A stretch of 64,000 bases of DNA, taken from the NCBI GenBank assembly GCA_039028615.1, contig JBCCHT010000003.1:320001-384000 (forward strand). The letters run 5' to 3'. A model generated the notes under the pieces. The model searched no databases and had not been told where the DNA came from. It saw only the letters and a program-made list of their open reading frames with translations. Shown here one piece after another: positions 30,968 through 39,446 of this stretch. The position numbers and the translations under genes are program-made. Within the stretch, counting starts at the first letter, position 1; every line of letters starts with the position of its first letter. Source of the stretch: Myxococcota bacterium. Its GTDB lineage: Bacteria; Myxococcota_A; Polyangia; Nannocystales; Nannocystaceae.

Positions 30968-32650
30968 ATGGAATCGCTCCACGCGCTCGTCGAGGTCCTC
31001 AACTACTACATCTGGTCGTTCGGAATTCCGATCGGCGACCAGACCATTCCCCTGGTGGTGCTCGCGCTCATCGGGACCGGGGTGTTCCTGACCCTGCGCC
31101 TGGGCTTCGTGCAGTTCCGGCGCCTGGGCCACGGGGCGGCGGTGGCCACCGGCCGCTACGACGACCCCGATGACACGGGGGATGTCACTCACTTCCAGGC
31201 GCTGTCCACCGCGCTTTCGGCCACCGTCGGCATCGGCAACATCGGCGGCGTCGCCATCGCGATCCACTGGGGCGGCCCGGGGGCGCTGTTCTGGATGTGG
31301 CTGACCGCGCTGGTCGGCATGGCCACCAAGTTCGCCGAGGTGACCCTCGCGCAGCGCTATCGTTCCGTCGAGGACGACACGGGGGGCAGCAGCGTCGCGG
31401 GCGGGCCGATGTACTACATCGAGCGTGGCCTCGGCCCCGCGTGGCGGCCCCTGGCGCTGTTCTTCGCGGTGATGCTCGGGCTCACCGCCTTCCTCACGGG
31501 CAACGGCGTCCAGGCCAACACCGTGGCCGACACCGTACAGGCCATCTTCTCCGTCGATCCGGTGGTGACCGGGGCGGTCACCGCGGCTCTCGTGGCGGCG
31601 GTCATCCTGGGCGGCATTCGGCGCATCGGTAAGGTCACCGCGATCTTGGCCCCGGCCATGGCGCTGCTATACGTCACCGCGGCTGCGTTGATCCTGCTGA
31701 TGCACGCCGACCAGGTCCTCCCCACCCTGGGGCTGATCGTGCGCGAGGCCTTCGAGCCCACCGCGGGCGTGGCGGGTACCGGGGTCGGCGCAATCCTGGT
31801 CACGATGATGTGGGGCGTGAAGCGAGGCCTGTTCTCCAACGAGGCTGGGCAAGGCTCTGCACCCATTGCGCACGCGGCTGCACGCACCGAAGAGCCCGTC
31901 TCCGAGGGCGTGGTGGCGTTGCTCGAGCCCTTCATCGACACCATCGTCATCTGCACGATGACCGCGCTGGTGATCGTGATTACCGGGGTGTGGAGCGAGC
32001 GCGTCTCCACCGAGATTCCCCTCGACGGCGGCGACCTCACCTACGTCGCGGCCACGTCGGACGGCGGCTGGGAGAAGGTCGAAGAGCCTGGCCCCATCGC
32101 GGTCGACGTCGGCATTCCCAGCGCCACGAGCAATCGTCTCGCCTGGCACGACGTCCCCGTCGAGCGCCTGTACGTCGACGAGGACAAGACCAAGCCCTTC
32201 AGCGGCGTCATCGATCCGGGGGGCAAGCGCGCCACTGGCTCGGACGGCACCGTGCACACCGGGCTGTGGGGTGACGCGGTAGAGAGCGGGGCGCCGCTGA
32301 CCATGCTCGGCTTCCGTCGCGGCCTGAGCTCGCTCGGCGACTTCGGCCACTTCGTGGTCCTGCTGTGTGTGGTGCTCTTTGGCATCTCCACCGCGATCTC
32401 GTGGAGCTACTACGGCGACCGCTGTGCCAACTACGTGCTCGGGGCCAAGGCGGTTCTGCCCTACCGCGTGGTGTTCGTGGGCATGCACTTCCTCGGTGCC
32501 GTCTTACCCCTGCAGCTGGCGTGGGACCTGGGCGACGTGCTGCTCGGCATCGTCATCTTGCCCAACCTCATCGCGTTGGTGATGCTCTCGCCGCAAGTGG
32601 CCGAGATGACGCGAAGCTACTTCCGCCGCCGCCCCTGGCGACGTTCCTAA
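30968..32650 (+). CDS. Alanine/glycine:cation symporter (AGCS family)
   Basis: FQALSTALSATVGIGNI, GGPGALFWMW, GGPMYYI, RGLFSNEAGQGSAPIAHAAA, PFIDTIVICTMT. Confidence 0.95.
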   Translation: MESLHALVEVLNYYIWSFGIPIGDQTIPLVVLALIGTGVFLTLRLGFVQFRRLGHGAAVATGRYDDPDDTGDVTHFQALSTALSATVGIGNIGGVAIAIHWGGPGALFWMWLTALVGMATKFAEVTLAQRYRSVEDDTGGSSVAGGPMYYIERGLGPAWRPLALFFAVMLGLTAFLTGNGVQANTVADTVQAIFSVDPVVTGAVTAALVAAVILGGIRRIGKVTAILAPAMALLYVTAAALILLMHADQVLPTLGLIVREAFEPTAGVAGTGVGAILVTMMWGVKRGLFSNEAGQGSAPIAHAAARTEEPVSEGVVALLEPFIDTIVICTMTALVIVITGVWSERVSTEIPLDGGDLTYVAATSDGGWEKVEEPGPIAVDVGIPSATSNRLAWHDVPVERLYVDEDKTKPFSGVIDPGGKRATGSDGTVHTGLWGDAVESGAPLTMLGFRRGLSSLGDFGHFVVLLCVVLFGISTAISWSYYGDRCANYVLGAKAVLPYRVVFVGMHFLGAVLPLQLAWDLGDVLLGIVILPNLIALVMLSPQVAEMTRSYFRRRPWRRS

Positions 32651-32659
32651 AGGCGCGTC

Positions 32660-33724
32660 ATGGCCGAGCTGTCGATCATCGACCCGCACATCCATCAGTG
32701 GGATCCGCAGAACACCCCGCGGCCCGCGACGCCCTTCGTGAAGCTGCTGGGGTGGAACCAGACCCTGCTGCGCTCGCTGCCGCAGCGGCTGCTGCCGCGA
32801 GCCACGGGCGACTTCGTCGGCATTCCCGACTACCTCGTCACGCCCTACATGCCGCCCGACTACGCCGCCGACCACGGCCGCCACGACGTGCGGGGCTACG
32901 TGTACATCGAGGCGAGCTGGACGGGGCGGGGGCGCCTGGCCGAGGCCGACGAGACCCGCTGGATGGAGTCGGTCGCGCAGCAGCACGACACCTCGGGTCC
33001 GCGCCTGCTGGGCATCGTGGCCGCGGCCGATCTGCGTCGCGACGACCTGGCCGACCTGCTTCGGGCCCACCGCGACGCGAGCACCCGCCTGGTGGGTATT
33101 CGCGACAAGCTCGCCTGGAGCCCGGACAAGGGGGTCATGGACTTCGCGCCCGCGCCCCAGATGATGAGCGACCCCGACTGGCGCCGCGGCTACGCCATGC
33201 TGGCCGAGCACGACCTCACCTTCGACGCGTGGATCTACGACCACCAGATCAACGCGCTCGGTGACCTGCTGCGGGCGCAGCCGGGCGGTCGCGTGATCCT
33301 CGATCACCTCGCGACCCCGGTCGGCGCGGGCGGGCCCTTCGCCTCCAGCGGTGCCGACGAGTCCGAGCAGAAAGCCATCCGCACCAAGTGGCGCGAGGCC
33401 ATCGCTCGGCTCGCCGACTTCCCGCAGCTTTCGGTCAAGCTCTCGGGGATGTTCATGCCCGTGCTGGGCTGGGGGCTGCACGGGCGCAGTGCTCCCGTCA
33501 CCGTCGAGCAGATCGCCGACGCGCTGCACCCCTTCGTCGAGCACGCGCTGTCGTGCTTCGGGGTGGAGCGCTGCATGTTCGCGTCCAACTTCCCCATGGA
33601 CAAAGTCTCGCTCGGCTTCGAGCAGCTCTACGACGGCTACCGAACACTCGTGGAATCTCGTCCCGAGGCGGAACAGCGCGCGCTCTTCCACGACAACGCG
33701 CAGCGCATATACTCGCTTCCGTGA
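32660..33724 (+). CDS. Amidohydrolase_2 family (lactonase-like) protein
   Basis: IIDPHIHQWD, LTFDAW, ILDHL, VKLSG, FGVERCMFASNFPMD, LFHDNA.RIY. Confidence 0.88.
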   Translation: MAELSIIDPHIHQWDPQNTPRPATPFVKLLGWNQTLLRSLPQRLLPRATGDFVGIPDYLVTPYMPPDYAADHGRHDVRGYVYIEASWTGRGRLAEADETRWMESVAQQHDTSGPRLLGIVAAADLRRDDLADLLRAHRDASTRLVGIRDKLAWSPDKGVMDFAPAPQMMSDPDWRRGYAMLAEHDLTFDAWIYDHQINALGDLLRAQPGGRVILDHLATPVGAGGPFASSGADESEQKAIRTKWREAIARLADFPQLSVKLSGMFMPVLGWGLHGRSAPVTVEQIADALHPFVEHALSCFGVERCMFASNFPMDKVSLGFEQLYDGYRTLVESRPEAEQRALFHDNAQRIYSLP

Positions 33725-35658
33725 TCCTCGACGCCGTGCCCCCGCCCGAGCGCCCGACCACGGGCGTCGCGACCGAAGCCCGCAGCCTGGGCGACATGTT
33801 CCTGCGGCGGGTCGAGGCGACCCCCGACCGGCAGGCGTGGCGGGCCAAGCGGGGCTCGAGCTGGCGGGGGACGACCTGGAAGGACGCGCACGACCAGGCC
33901 TCCGCCGTCGGCACCTGGCTCGTCGCCCAGGGGCTCGAGGGGGGCGACAAGGTACTGATGGTGGGCAGCACGCGGCCCGAGTGGTGCGTGTGTGACCTCG
34001 CCGGGCAGCTGGCGGGCATGGTCACCATCGGGGCCTATCCCACCCTCACCAACGAGCAGCTCGCCTACGTCATCGAGCACTCCGATACCCGGGTGATCTT
34101 CGTCGAGGGCGCGGAGGGGCTGGAGCGGGTTCGAGCCATTCGTGGGCAGTGTTCGCAGCTGCTGCGGGTGGTGGTCTGGGACTCCGAGGGCATCGAACCG
34201 GCCGACGACGTCGTGTTCCTGGCCGACGTGCTGAAGACCGAGCCCGAGCCCGACGACCTCGCCGCGCGCGAGTCCAAGGTCGAACGCGAAGCGGTGGCGA
34301 TCATCGTCTACACCAGCGGGACCACCGGGCCTCCCAAGGGCGCGATGATCACCCACGCCAACATCCTCGGCTTCGTCAAGGCCGACCTCGGCTACGGCTT
34401 CGACGTGCAGGACGAAGGGCTGAGCTTCCTGCCGATGGCGCACGTCGCCGAGCGCATCGCGAACTTCTACGTGCGCATCCACCACGGCATGGGCACCGCC
34501 TTCGCCAGCAGCATTCCCGCCGTGCTCACCGAGATCCAGGAGGTCAAGCCGACCCTCTTCGGGTCGGTGCCTCGTATCTTCGAAAAGGCCCACGACCGGG
34601 TCCAGGGCGAGGTCGACAAGGCGCCCGCGCTACGCCAGAAGGTCTTTCGCTGGGCCGAGAGCGTGGGCCTGCGGGTCGTCGACGCCTGGCAGCAGGGTCG
34701 GCCGGTCAGCCCCATGCTGCGGCTGCAGTACAACCTCGCCGATCGCATCGTCTACTCCAAGCTCCGCGACGTGTTCGGCGGGCAGGTCCGGTTCTTCCTG
34801 ACTGGTGCCGCGCCCATCCCCGACCGAGTCCTGCGCTTTTTCTGGGCGATGGGCTTCCGCGTCTTCGAGGCCTACGGCCAGACCGAAGCCACCGTCATCA
34901 CCCACGGCAATCGCCCCGGCTATACCCGTTTGGGCTCGGTGGGGCGGCCCCTGCCGGGGGTCGAGCAGAAGCTCGCCGACGACGGTGAGGTCTTGGTGCG
35001 GGGCAGCTGTGTCTTTGCCGGCTACCACAAGAACCCCGAGGCCACCGCCGAGACCATCGACCAGGACGGCTGGCTGCATACCGGGGACATCGGTCGGATC
35101 GACGACGACGGCTTCTTGTATCTCGTCGATCGCAAGAAGCACATCATCATCACCGCGGGCGGCAAGAACCTCACCCCGGCCAACATCGAAAACGAGATCA
35201 AGGCCGAGGACCCGCTCATCTCCCAGGTGCATGCGCACGGCGATCGGCGACCCTACGTCAGCGCCCTGGTCACGCTGAGCCCCGTCGATTCCATCGATTT
35301 TGCGCTCGCGCAGGGCAAGGTCTCCAACGCCGACGCCGACCGCATGCGCGCCGCGCTGATCGAAAACCCCCTGGCCCGGCCCGAGGGGCTCGATGCCTTG
35401 CTGGCCCAGGTCGGCGAGATGAAGCCCGTGCAGGAGCGCATCATCGCCGCCGTGCAGCGGGGCAACACCTCGTTGTCGCGGGTCGAGAAGGTCAAGCGAG
35501 TGGTCGTGCTCGACCGCGAGCTGTCGCTCGAAGAGGACGAGATCACCCCCACGCTCAAGGTCAAGCGCAAGAACGTCGAGACGCACTTCGCCGAGCTGTT
35601 CGACCGGCTCTACGAAGACGACGCCTTCGGCCTCACCATCGAGCAGAGGCGCAGCTGA
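33721..35658 (+). CDS. Long-chain fatty-acid--CoA ligase
   Basis: YTSGTTGPPKGA, FLPMAHVAER, VPRIFEK, EAYGQTE, GWLHTGDIG, DRKKHIIITAGGKN, TPTLKVKR; GTG start overlaps the upstream stop. Confidence 0.93.
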   Translation: MILDAVPPPERPTTGVATEARSLGDMFLRRVEATPDRQAWRAKRGSSWRGTTWKDAHDQASAVGTWLVAQGLEGGDKVLMVGSTRPEWCVCDLAGQLAGMVTIGAYPTLTNEQLAYVIEHSDTRVIFVEGAEGLERVRAIRGQCSQLLRVVVWDSEGIEPADDVVFLADVLKTEPEPDDLAARESKVEREAVAIIVYTSGTTGPPKGAMITHANILGFVKADLGYGFDVQDEGLSFLPMAHVAERIANFYVRIHHGMGTAFASSIPAVLTEIQEVKPTLFGSVPRIFEKAHDRVQGEVDKAPALRQKVFRWAESVGLRVVDAWQQGRPVSPMLRLQYNLADRIVYSKLRDVFGGQVRFFLTGAAPIPDRVLRFFWAMGFRVFEAYGQTEATVITHGNRPGYTRLGSVGRPLPGVEQKLADDGEVLVRGSCVFAGYHKNPEATAETIDQDGWLHTGDIGRIDDDGFLYLVDRKKHIIITAGGKNLTPANIENEIKAEDPLISQVHAHGDRRPYVSALVTLSPVDSIDFALAQGKVSNADADRMRAALIENPLARPEGLDALLAQVGEMKPVQERIIAAVQRGNTSLSRVEKVKRVVVLDRELSLEEDEITPTLKVKRKNVETHFAELFDRLYEDDAFGLTIEQRRS

Positions 35659-35662
35659 ACCC

Positions 35663-36133
35663 ATGAAATATGTCTCGTTGAAGCGATTGTGCGTCGTGGC
35701 CGTGCTCTTCGGTCTCGGTGCGTGCGCGACCGAAGAGCCGGGCGGCATCGAGGCTTCGGTGTCACGGGCCGAGCTCGACGTCGACCCCGCGATGCCCGAG
35801 GCTCGCGCCGAGCTCGACGTCACCGTCGAGGTCCTCACCCGCGGCCAGCCCGAAGACGTGACCCTCGAGGCCGTGGTGATCCACGAGCTGCCCCTGGCCG
35901 ACGACTCCGACTCGATCACGTTCGTGCCCCAGCTGGTCAACCCGCAGGGCGACGACCCCATCGTGCGCCTCGTCGCGGGCGAGGAAATCGTCCTGCGCGT
36001 GCTCAATGCCGGCACCACCAACGAGGAGCTGTCCCCGTGGTGCAACCGTCCCGTGCAGCTGGCGGTCACGCTGGCGACGGCCAGCGGAGCCGAGGCCGAG
36101 GCCACGCAAGACATCTCCGTCCGTTGCCCCTGA
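35663..36133 (+). CDS. Hypothetical lipoprotein
   Basis: LGAC lipobox; 4 nt after the ligase stop. Confidence 0.7.
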   Translation: MKYVSLKRLCVVAVLFGLGACATEEPGGIEASVSRAELDVDPAMPEARAELDVTVEVLTRGQPEDVTLEAVVIHELPLADDSDSITFVPQLVNPQGDDPIVRLVAGEEIVLRVLNAGTTNEELSPWCNRPVQLAVTLATASGAEAEATQDISVRCP

Positions 36134-36151
36134 TTGCGCTATCCTGGGCCC

Positions 36152-36358
36152 ATGTCGCTGCCGGGCGCCCGCCTTCGATGGCACCTCATCGAGAAGCCTC
36201 GTGCTCCGTTCGTTTGTGATGTCTGTGGCCAGTCGATTCCCGAGTCGGAGCTGCACACCTTCACCACGCTGCCCACGATGTACTACGACACGCCGCCGGC
36301 CGGGTACGAGCCGTGCAACAAGGGCTTCGATCCGCTGAAGGTCGAGTACGACGCTTGA
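36152..36358 (+). CDS. Small hypothetical protein with CxxC
   Basis: TATCCT-N6-ATG start; FVCDVCG...H...C. Confidence 0.5.
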   Translation: MSLPGARLRWHLIEKPRAPFVCDVCGQSIPESELHTFTTLPTMYYDTPPAGYEPCNKGFDPLKVEYDA

Positions 36359-36876
36359 GAGCGCGTCGCTTTCGGGGGCAGGGGCTCGAGTTTCGACCGC
36401 TGACACCGGATGATCGGAGGTTGTTCGTCGGGCTCTTCGGGAGCCCCGAGGTGATGCGCTACGTCGCCGATCCGTTTCCGCCCTCGCAGGCCGACGAGGC
36501 GTTCGAAGGCCTCATGGTGGCCACGGCGGGGCCGCGGCCGAGCAAGCTGCGCTGGACGATGTGGCACGACGGCTTCGACGACGCCGTGGGGTTTTGCGGG
36601 GTCAACTGGTCGGGCGAGGACGCTCGAGATGGCGAGCTGGGCCTGATGCTCCGGCCGCAGTGCTGGGGGCGAGGGTGGTGCGAGGACGGCCTGCGGGCGC
36701 TCGTGGTCGAGTGCGCGGGGGCGAGGGGCGGCGGCCTGTTCTGCCAGTCCTACGAGTCCCACGTTCGGGTGCGGCATATCGTCGAACAAAAGCTCGGCCT
36801 GCGGGTGAGCGAGCGGCTGCCCGGGACCGAGGCCCTCGGCCCCTTGCTTCGCTACGAGTTCCCCGATCCGGCATGA
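36355..36876 (+). CDS. GNAT N-acetyltransferase (RimJ/RimL-like)
   Basis: LEFRPLTPDD, SPEVMRY, VGFCG, GELGLML.P..WGRG; TTG start overlapping the upstream stop is assumed. Confidence 0.75.
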   Translation: MRARRFRGQGLEFRPLTPDDRRLFVGLFGSPEVMRYVADPFPPSQADEAFEGLMVATAGPRPSKLRWTMWHDGFDDAVGFCGVNWSGEDARDGELGLMLRPQCWGRGWCEDGLRALVVECAGARGGGLFCQSYESHVRVRHIVEQKLGLRVSERLPGTEALGPLLRYEFPDPA

Positions 36877-36909
36877 AAAAGGGCCGGCGATGAGCCGACC
36901 CTCTTTTTT
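36876..36909. terminator. Bidirectional intrinsic terminator closing the borosin operon
   Basis: Minus strand: GGGTCGGC-TCATC-GCCGGCCC-TTTTT (8-bp stem, one G-U pair). On the plus strand the stem is followed by TCTTTTTT. Confidence 0.8.
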
Positions 36910-36945
36910 GTCCTCAGCCCTGAAGGCTGGTCTGTTCGAGCCGAC

Positions 36946-37317
36946 CTAGTAGGCGATCACCAATTGGCGGTGGTCGTTGGGGTCGTGCGTGAACAGGATC
37001 TGGCGGTGCTCGTCCTGGCCATGGGTCGCCAGGATCTGGCGATGCTCGTCTCCGGCATAGGTGATCACCATGTGGCGATGCTCGTCCTGGCCGTGGGTCA
37101 CGAGGACCTGGCGGTGCTCGCCGTCGGCATAGGCGACCACTAGGTGGCGGTGCTCGTCCTGGCCGTGGGTCACCAAGACTTGGCGGTGCTCGGCGTCGTC
37201 ACCCGCGGCGAGACCAGCGTCGGCGAGCACACTCGAGGGGTCGTCGCGGAACGCCCGAAGCTTCTCGGAGTTCGAACCCAGCTCCACCAGGAAGTTCAGC
37301 GTGTCTTGCTCGCTCAT
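36946..37317 (-). CDS. Split-borosin RiPP precursor with seven tandem cores
   Basis: AAGGAG RBS; leader FLVELGSN.EKL.AFRDDPSSVLADAGL resembles the SonA/LigA-like borosin-binding domain; followed by 12-aa (E/D)HR(Q/H) repeats; 33 nt after the methyltransferase stop. Confidence 0.85.
   Translation of the reverse strand: MSEQDTLNFLVELGSNSEKLRAFRDDPSSVLADAGLAAGDDAEHRQVLVTHGQDEHRHLVVAYADGEHRQVLVTHGQDEHRHMVITYAGDEHRQILATHGQDEHRQILFTHDPNDHRQLVIAY
36949..37191 (-). repeat. 36-nt tandem repeat, about 6.75 copies, encoding the precursor cores
   Basis: EHRQVLVTHGQD / EHRHLVVAYADG / EHRQVLVTHGQD / EHRHMVITYAGD / EHRQILATHGQD / EHRQILFTHDPN / DHRQLVIAY-stop. Confidence 0.95.
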
Positions 37318-37350
37318 TGGACTCCTTAATTCAATGAGGACGCCGGGCTG

Positions 37351-38169
37351 TCAAGTCAGATCGTCCTGCGACAACCCGAGCTTCTCGAGCATGGCGCCAT
37401 TCACTTCGAGCGGGCGTGCGGGCGGAATCACCAGCGTGGTGATCATGCTCAGCGTCGCCGACGCCAGCTCGGAGAGTGGGCGCGATTCCATTCTCGGCGT
37501 GCCGGTCGGGAGGAAGGGCGCCTCGTAGAGCGTGACGAGGTGATCGGCGGGGTACCACTGGCGCAAGTAGTCCACCGCGATCTGCACCTTGTCCGGCGTC
37601 GTCGCGAACGTGCGCAGGGTGTGCTCGCCCACCAGGCCCCACTGCCACAGGATCATGAGCGCGCTCGGATCGACCGGGTGCTGGTAGAACAGGAACTGAC
37701 TCGCCTCGTAGGACAGACACCCGGTGGTGCCGGGGTCCAGGCCGAGGTCGGCGACGAGGCAATCCTCCGCGGAGATGCCCGGCTCCATCCACGCCTCCAA
37801 GCCTTCGGCCTGCGCCCGTCGAATGCTCTCGTGTGATGGCCAGGCGAAGACCCCGGGATGCCCGTAGAAGGCACCCACGACTTTACGACCGGCTCGAGCC
37901 GGCGCCAGGATCGCTTCGACCATTTCCTCGTAGGTCTGACGACGCGACTTGCCCTCGCCGTAAAAGCGCTGCAGCGACTGGTAATTCGGGTTCATCGACT
38001 CGAGCCACTGGTCGGCCATCGCATCGGGCATGGCCCCGAATACGAGGTCGGCTTCGCGGATGTAGCTGCTCGCGAGGGTGGAGATGTGGCTGCCCAAGCA
38101 GATGCCCGTGCCGAGGCATACGACGCTGCCGCCTCGGTGGCCGTCGTCGCCGGTCTTCGGTGCGCTCAT
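37351..38169 (-). CDS. Borosin peptide backbone alpha-N-methyltransferase (SonM-like)
   Basis: GSVVCLGTG, FY..GKSRRQTYEEMV, YGHPGVF, PGISAEDCL.ADLG.DP, EASQF, LWQ, WYP.DH.V..YEA, TTLVIPP; Y70/R76/Y80/Y102 match the spacing of OphMA Y66/R72/Y76/Y98. Confidence 0.92.
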   Translation of the reverse strand: MSAPKTGDDGHRGGSVVCLGTGICLGSHISTLASSYIREADLVFGAMPDAMADQWLESMNPNYQSLQRFYGEGKSRRQTYEEMVEAILAPARAGRKVVGAFYGHPGVFAWPSHESIRRAQAEGLEAWMEPGISAEDCLVADLGLDPGTTGCLSYEASQFLFYQHPVDPSALMILWQWGLVGEHTLRTFATTPDKVQIAVDYLRQWYPADHLVTLYEAPFLPTGTPRMESRPLSELASATLSMITTLVIPPARPLEVNGAMLEKLGLSQDDLT

Positions 38170-38276
38170 TGGCGGTGAGCGTAGCCGCCAGGGGCCGCAG
38201 GTGCACTCGCTCCGTGACCCGCGTCACCTCGTAGCGTTGACGCCACCAAAGCGCCCCTCCTATCGTCGGCGCCGAG

Positions 38277-39275
38277 ATGAAGCGCGCCCTGGTCACTGGA
38301 GGATGTGGATTCGTCGGGCGTCACCTCGCCGATGCCCTGGCCGACCGAGGAGACCAGGTCACCGCCATCGACATCGCGGGTGAAGCATGGCGGCCTGAGG
38401 TCGAAGTGAAGATCGTCGACATCCGCGATCCGGCCGCCATCGACGCGGCCGTCGAGGGCCACGACGTCGTGTTCCACAACGCGAGCCTCGTGCACACCCG
38501 CCGCAGTCGCGAAGAAGACGTCTGGGCCGTCAACCTCGGCGGCACCAAGAACGTGCTCGCCGCCTGCCGCACGCACGGCATCCGCAAGCTCGTCTACGTC
38601 AGCTCCGCCAGCGTCGTGTACGAGGGCAACGACATCGAAAACGGCGACGAGACCCTCGCCTACGCCGGTACCTCCCAAGCCGCCTACGCGGACTCCAAGA
38701 TCGCCGCCGAGCGCGAGATCCTCGAGCAGAGCGACGACCAGCTCGCCACCTGCTCCATCCGCCCTCACGTCATCTTCGGCCCTGGCGACACCCGCCTGCT
38801 CCCCGCCATCCTCGACCGCGCCCGCCAAGGCCAGCTCAACTACTCCGTCGGCAACGGCACCCACCTGTCCGACTTCACCTACGTCACCAACCTCACCGAC
38901 GCCCTCCTCGCCGCCGAACAGAAGCTCGAGCCCGGCAGCGAGATCGCCGGGGAAGCCTTCTTCGTCACCAACGGCGAGCCGCTCCCCTTCTTCACCTTCG
39001 TCGGCCGCGTCCTCGAGGGCCTCGAGCTCCCCCCCATCCGCCGCCGCGTCCCGTATTTCGTCGCCTACAGCGTCGCCGCCATCAAAGAGACCTGGGACAC
39101 CGTAGTCCGGGGCGGAACCCTCAACTCCGAAGACGGCTTCTCCCGCTTCGCCGTCCGCTACCTGTGCACCCACCACTACTTCGACATCGGCAAAGCCCAA
39201 CGCATGCTCGAATGGACCCCCCGCATCTCCCTGGAAGAGGGCGTCCAACGCACCGTCGCCGCCCTCCGAGCCTAG
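38277..39275 (+). CDS. 3-beta-hydroxysteroid dehydrogenase/decarboxylase (NSDHL/ERG26-like extended SDR)
   Basis: TGGCGFVG, VNLGGTKNV, SSASVVYEGNDIENGDE, YADSK, IRPHVIFGPGD, DFTYV.N, GEAFFVTNGEP. Confidence 0.82.
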   Translation: MKRALVTGGCGFVGRHLADALADRGDQVTAIDIAGEAWRPEVEVKIVDIRDPAAIDAAVEGHDVVFHNASLVHTRRSREEDVWAVNLGGTKNVLAACRTHGIRKLVYVSSASVVYEGNDIENGDETLAYAGTSQAAYADSKIAAEREILEQSDDQLATCSIRPHVIFGPGDTRLLPAILDRARQGQLNYSVGNGTHLSDFTYVTNLTDALLAAEQKLEPGSEIAGEAFFVTNGEPLPFFTFVGRVLEGLELPPIRRRVPYFVAYSVAAIKETWDTVVRGGTLNSEDGFSRFAVRYLCTHHYFDIGKAQRMLEWTPRISLEEGVQRTVAALRA

Positions 39276-39446
39276 TGATGCGGCCACGACCCACGCCGAG
39301 CCATTGGGGAGCACCCCCGTAGGATCAACGACCCCACACCAGCAGCCCCGCGCCGAACTCCGTAGGCCCACACCGAGTCGCACTCCACACCGCCCTCCGC
39401 CGACCGCCGTAAACGGAGGAGCGCCAGCGCCCCTCGCCCAGCAAAA

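Noticed and set aside
36949..37191. 36-nt periodic repeat as a CRISPR array
   Set aside because: The units are contiguous, in frame and vary at synonymous sites; there are no unique spacers and no cas genes.
37351..38169. Tetrapyrrole (CysG/Cob) methylase or MazG-type annotation
   Set aside because: It has YGHP rather than GDP, carries the borosin Tyr/Arg set, and sits next to a precursor with no cobalamin or siroheme genes nearby.
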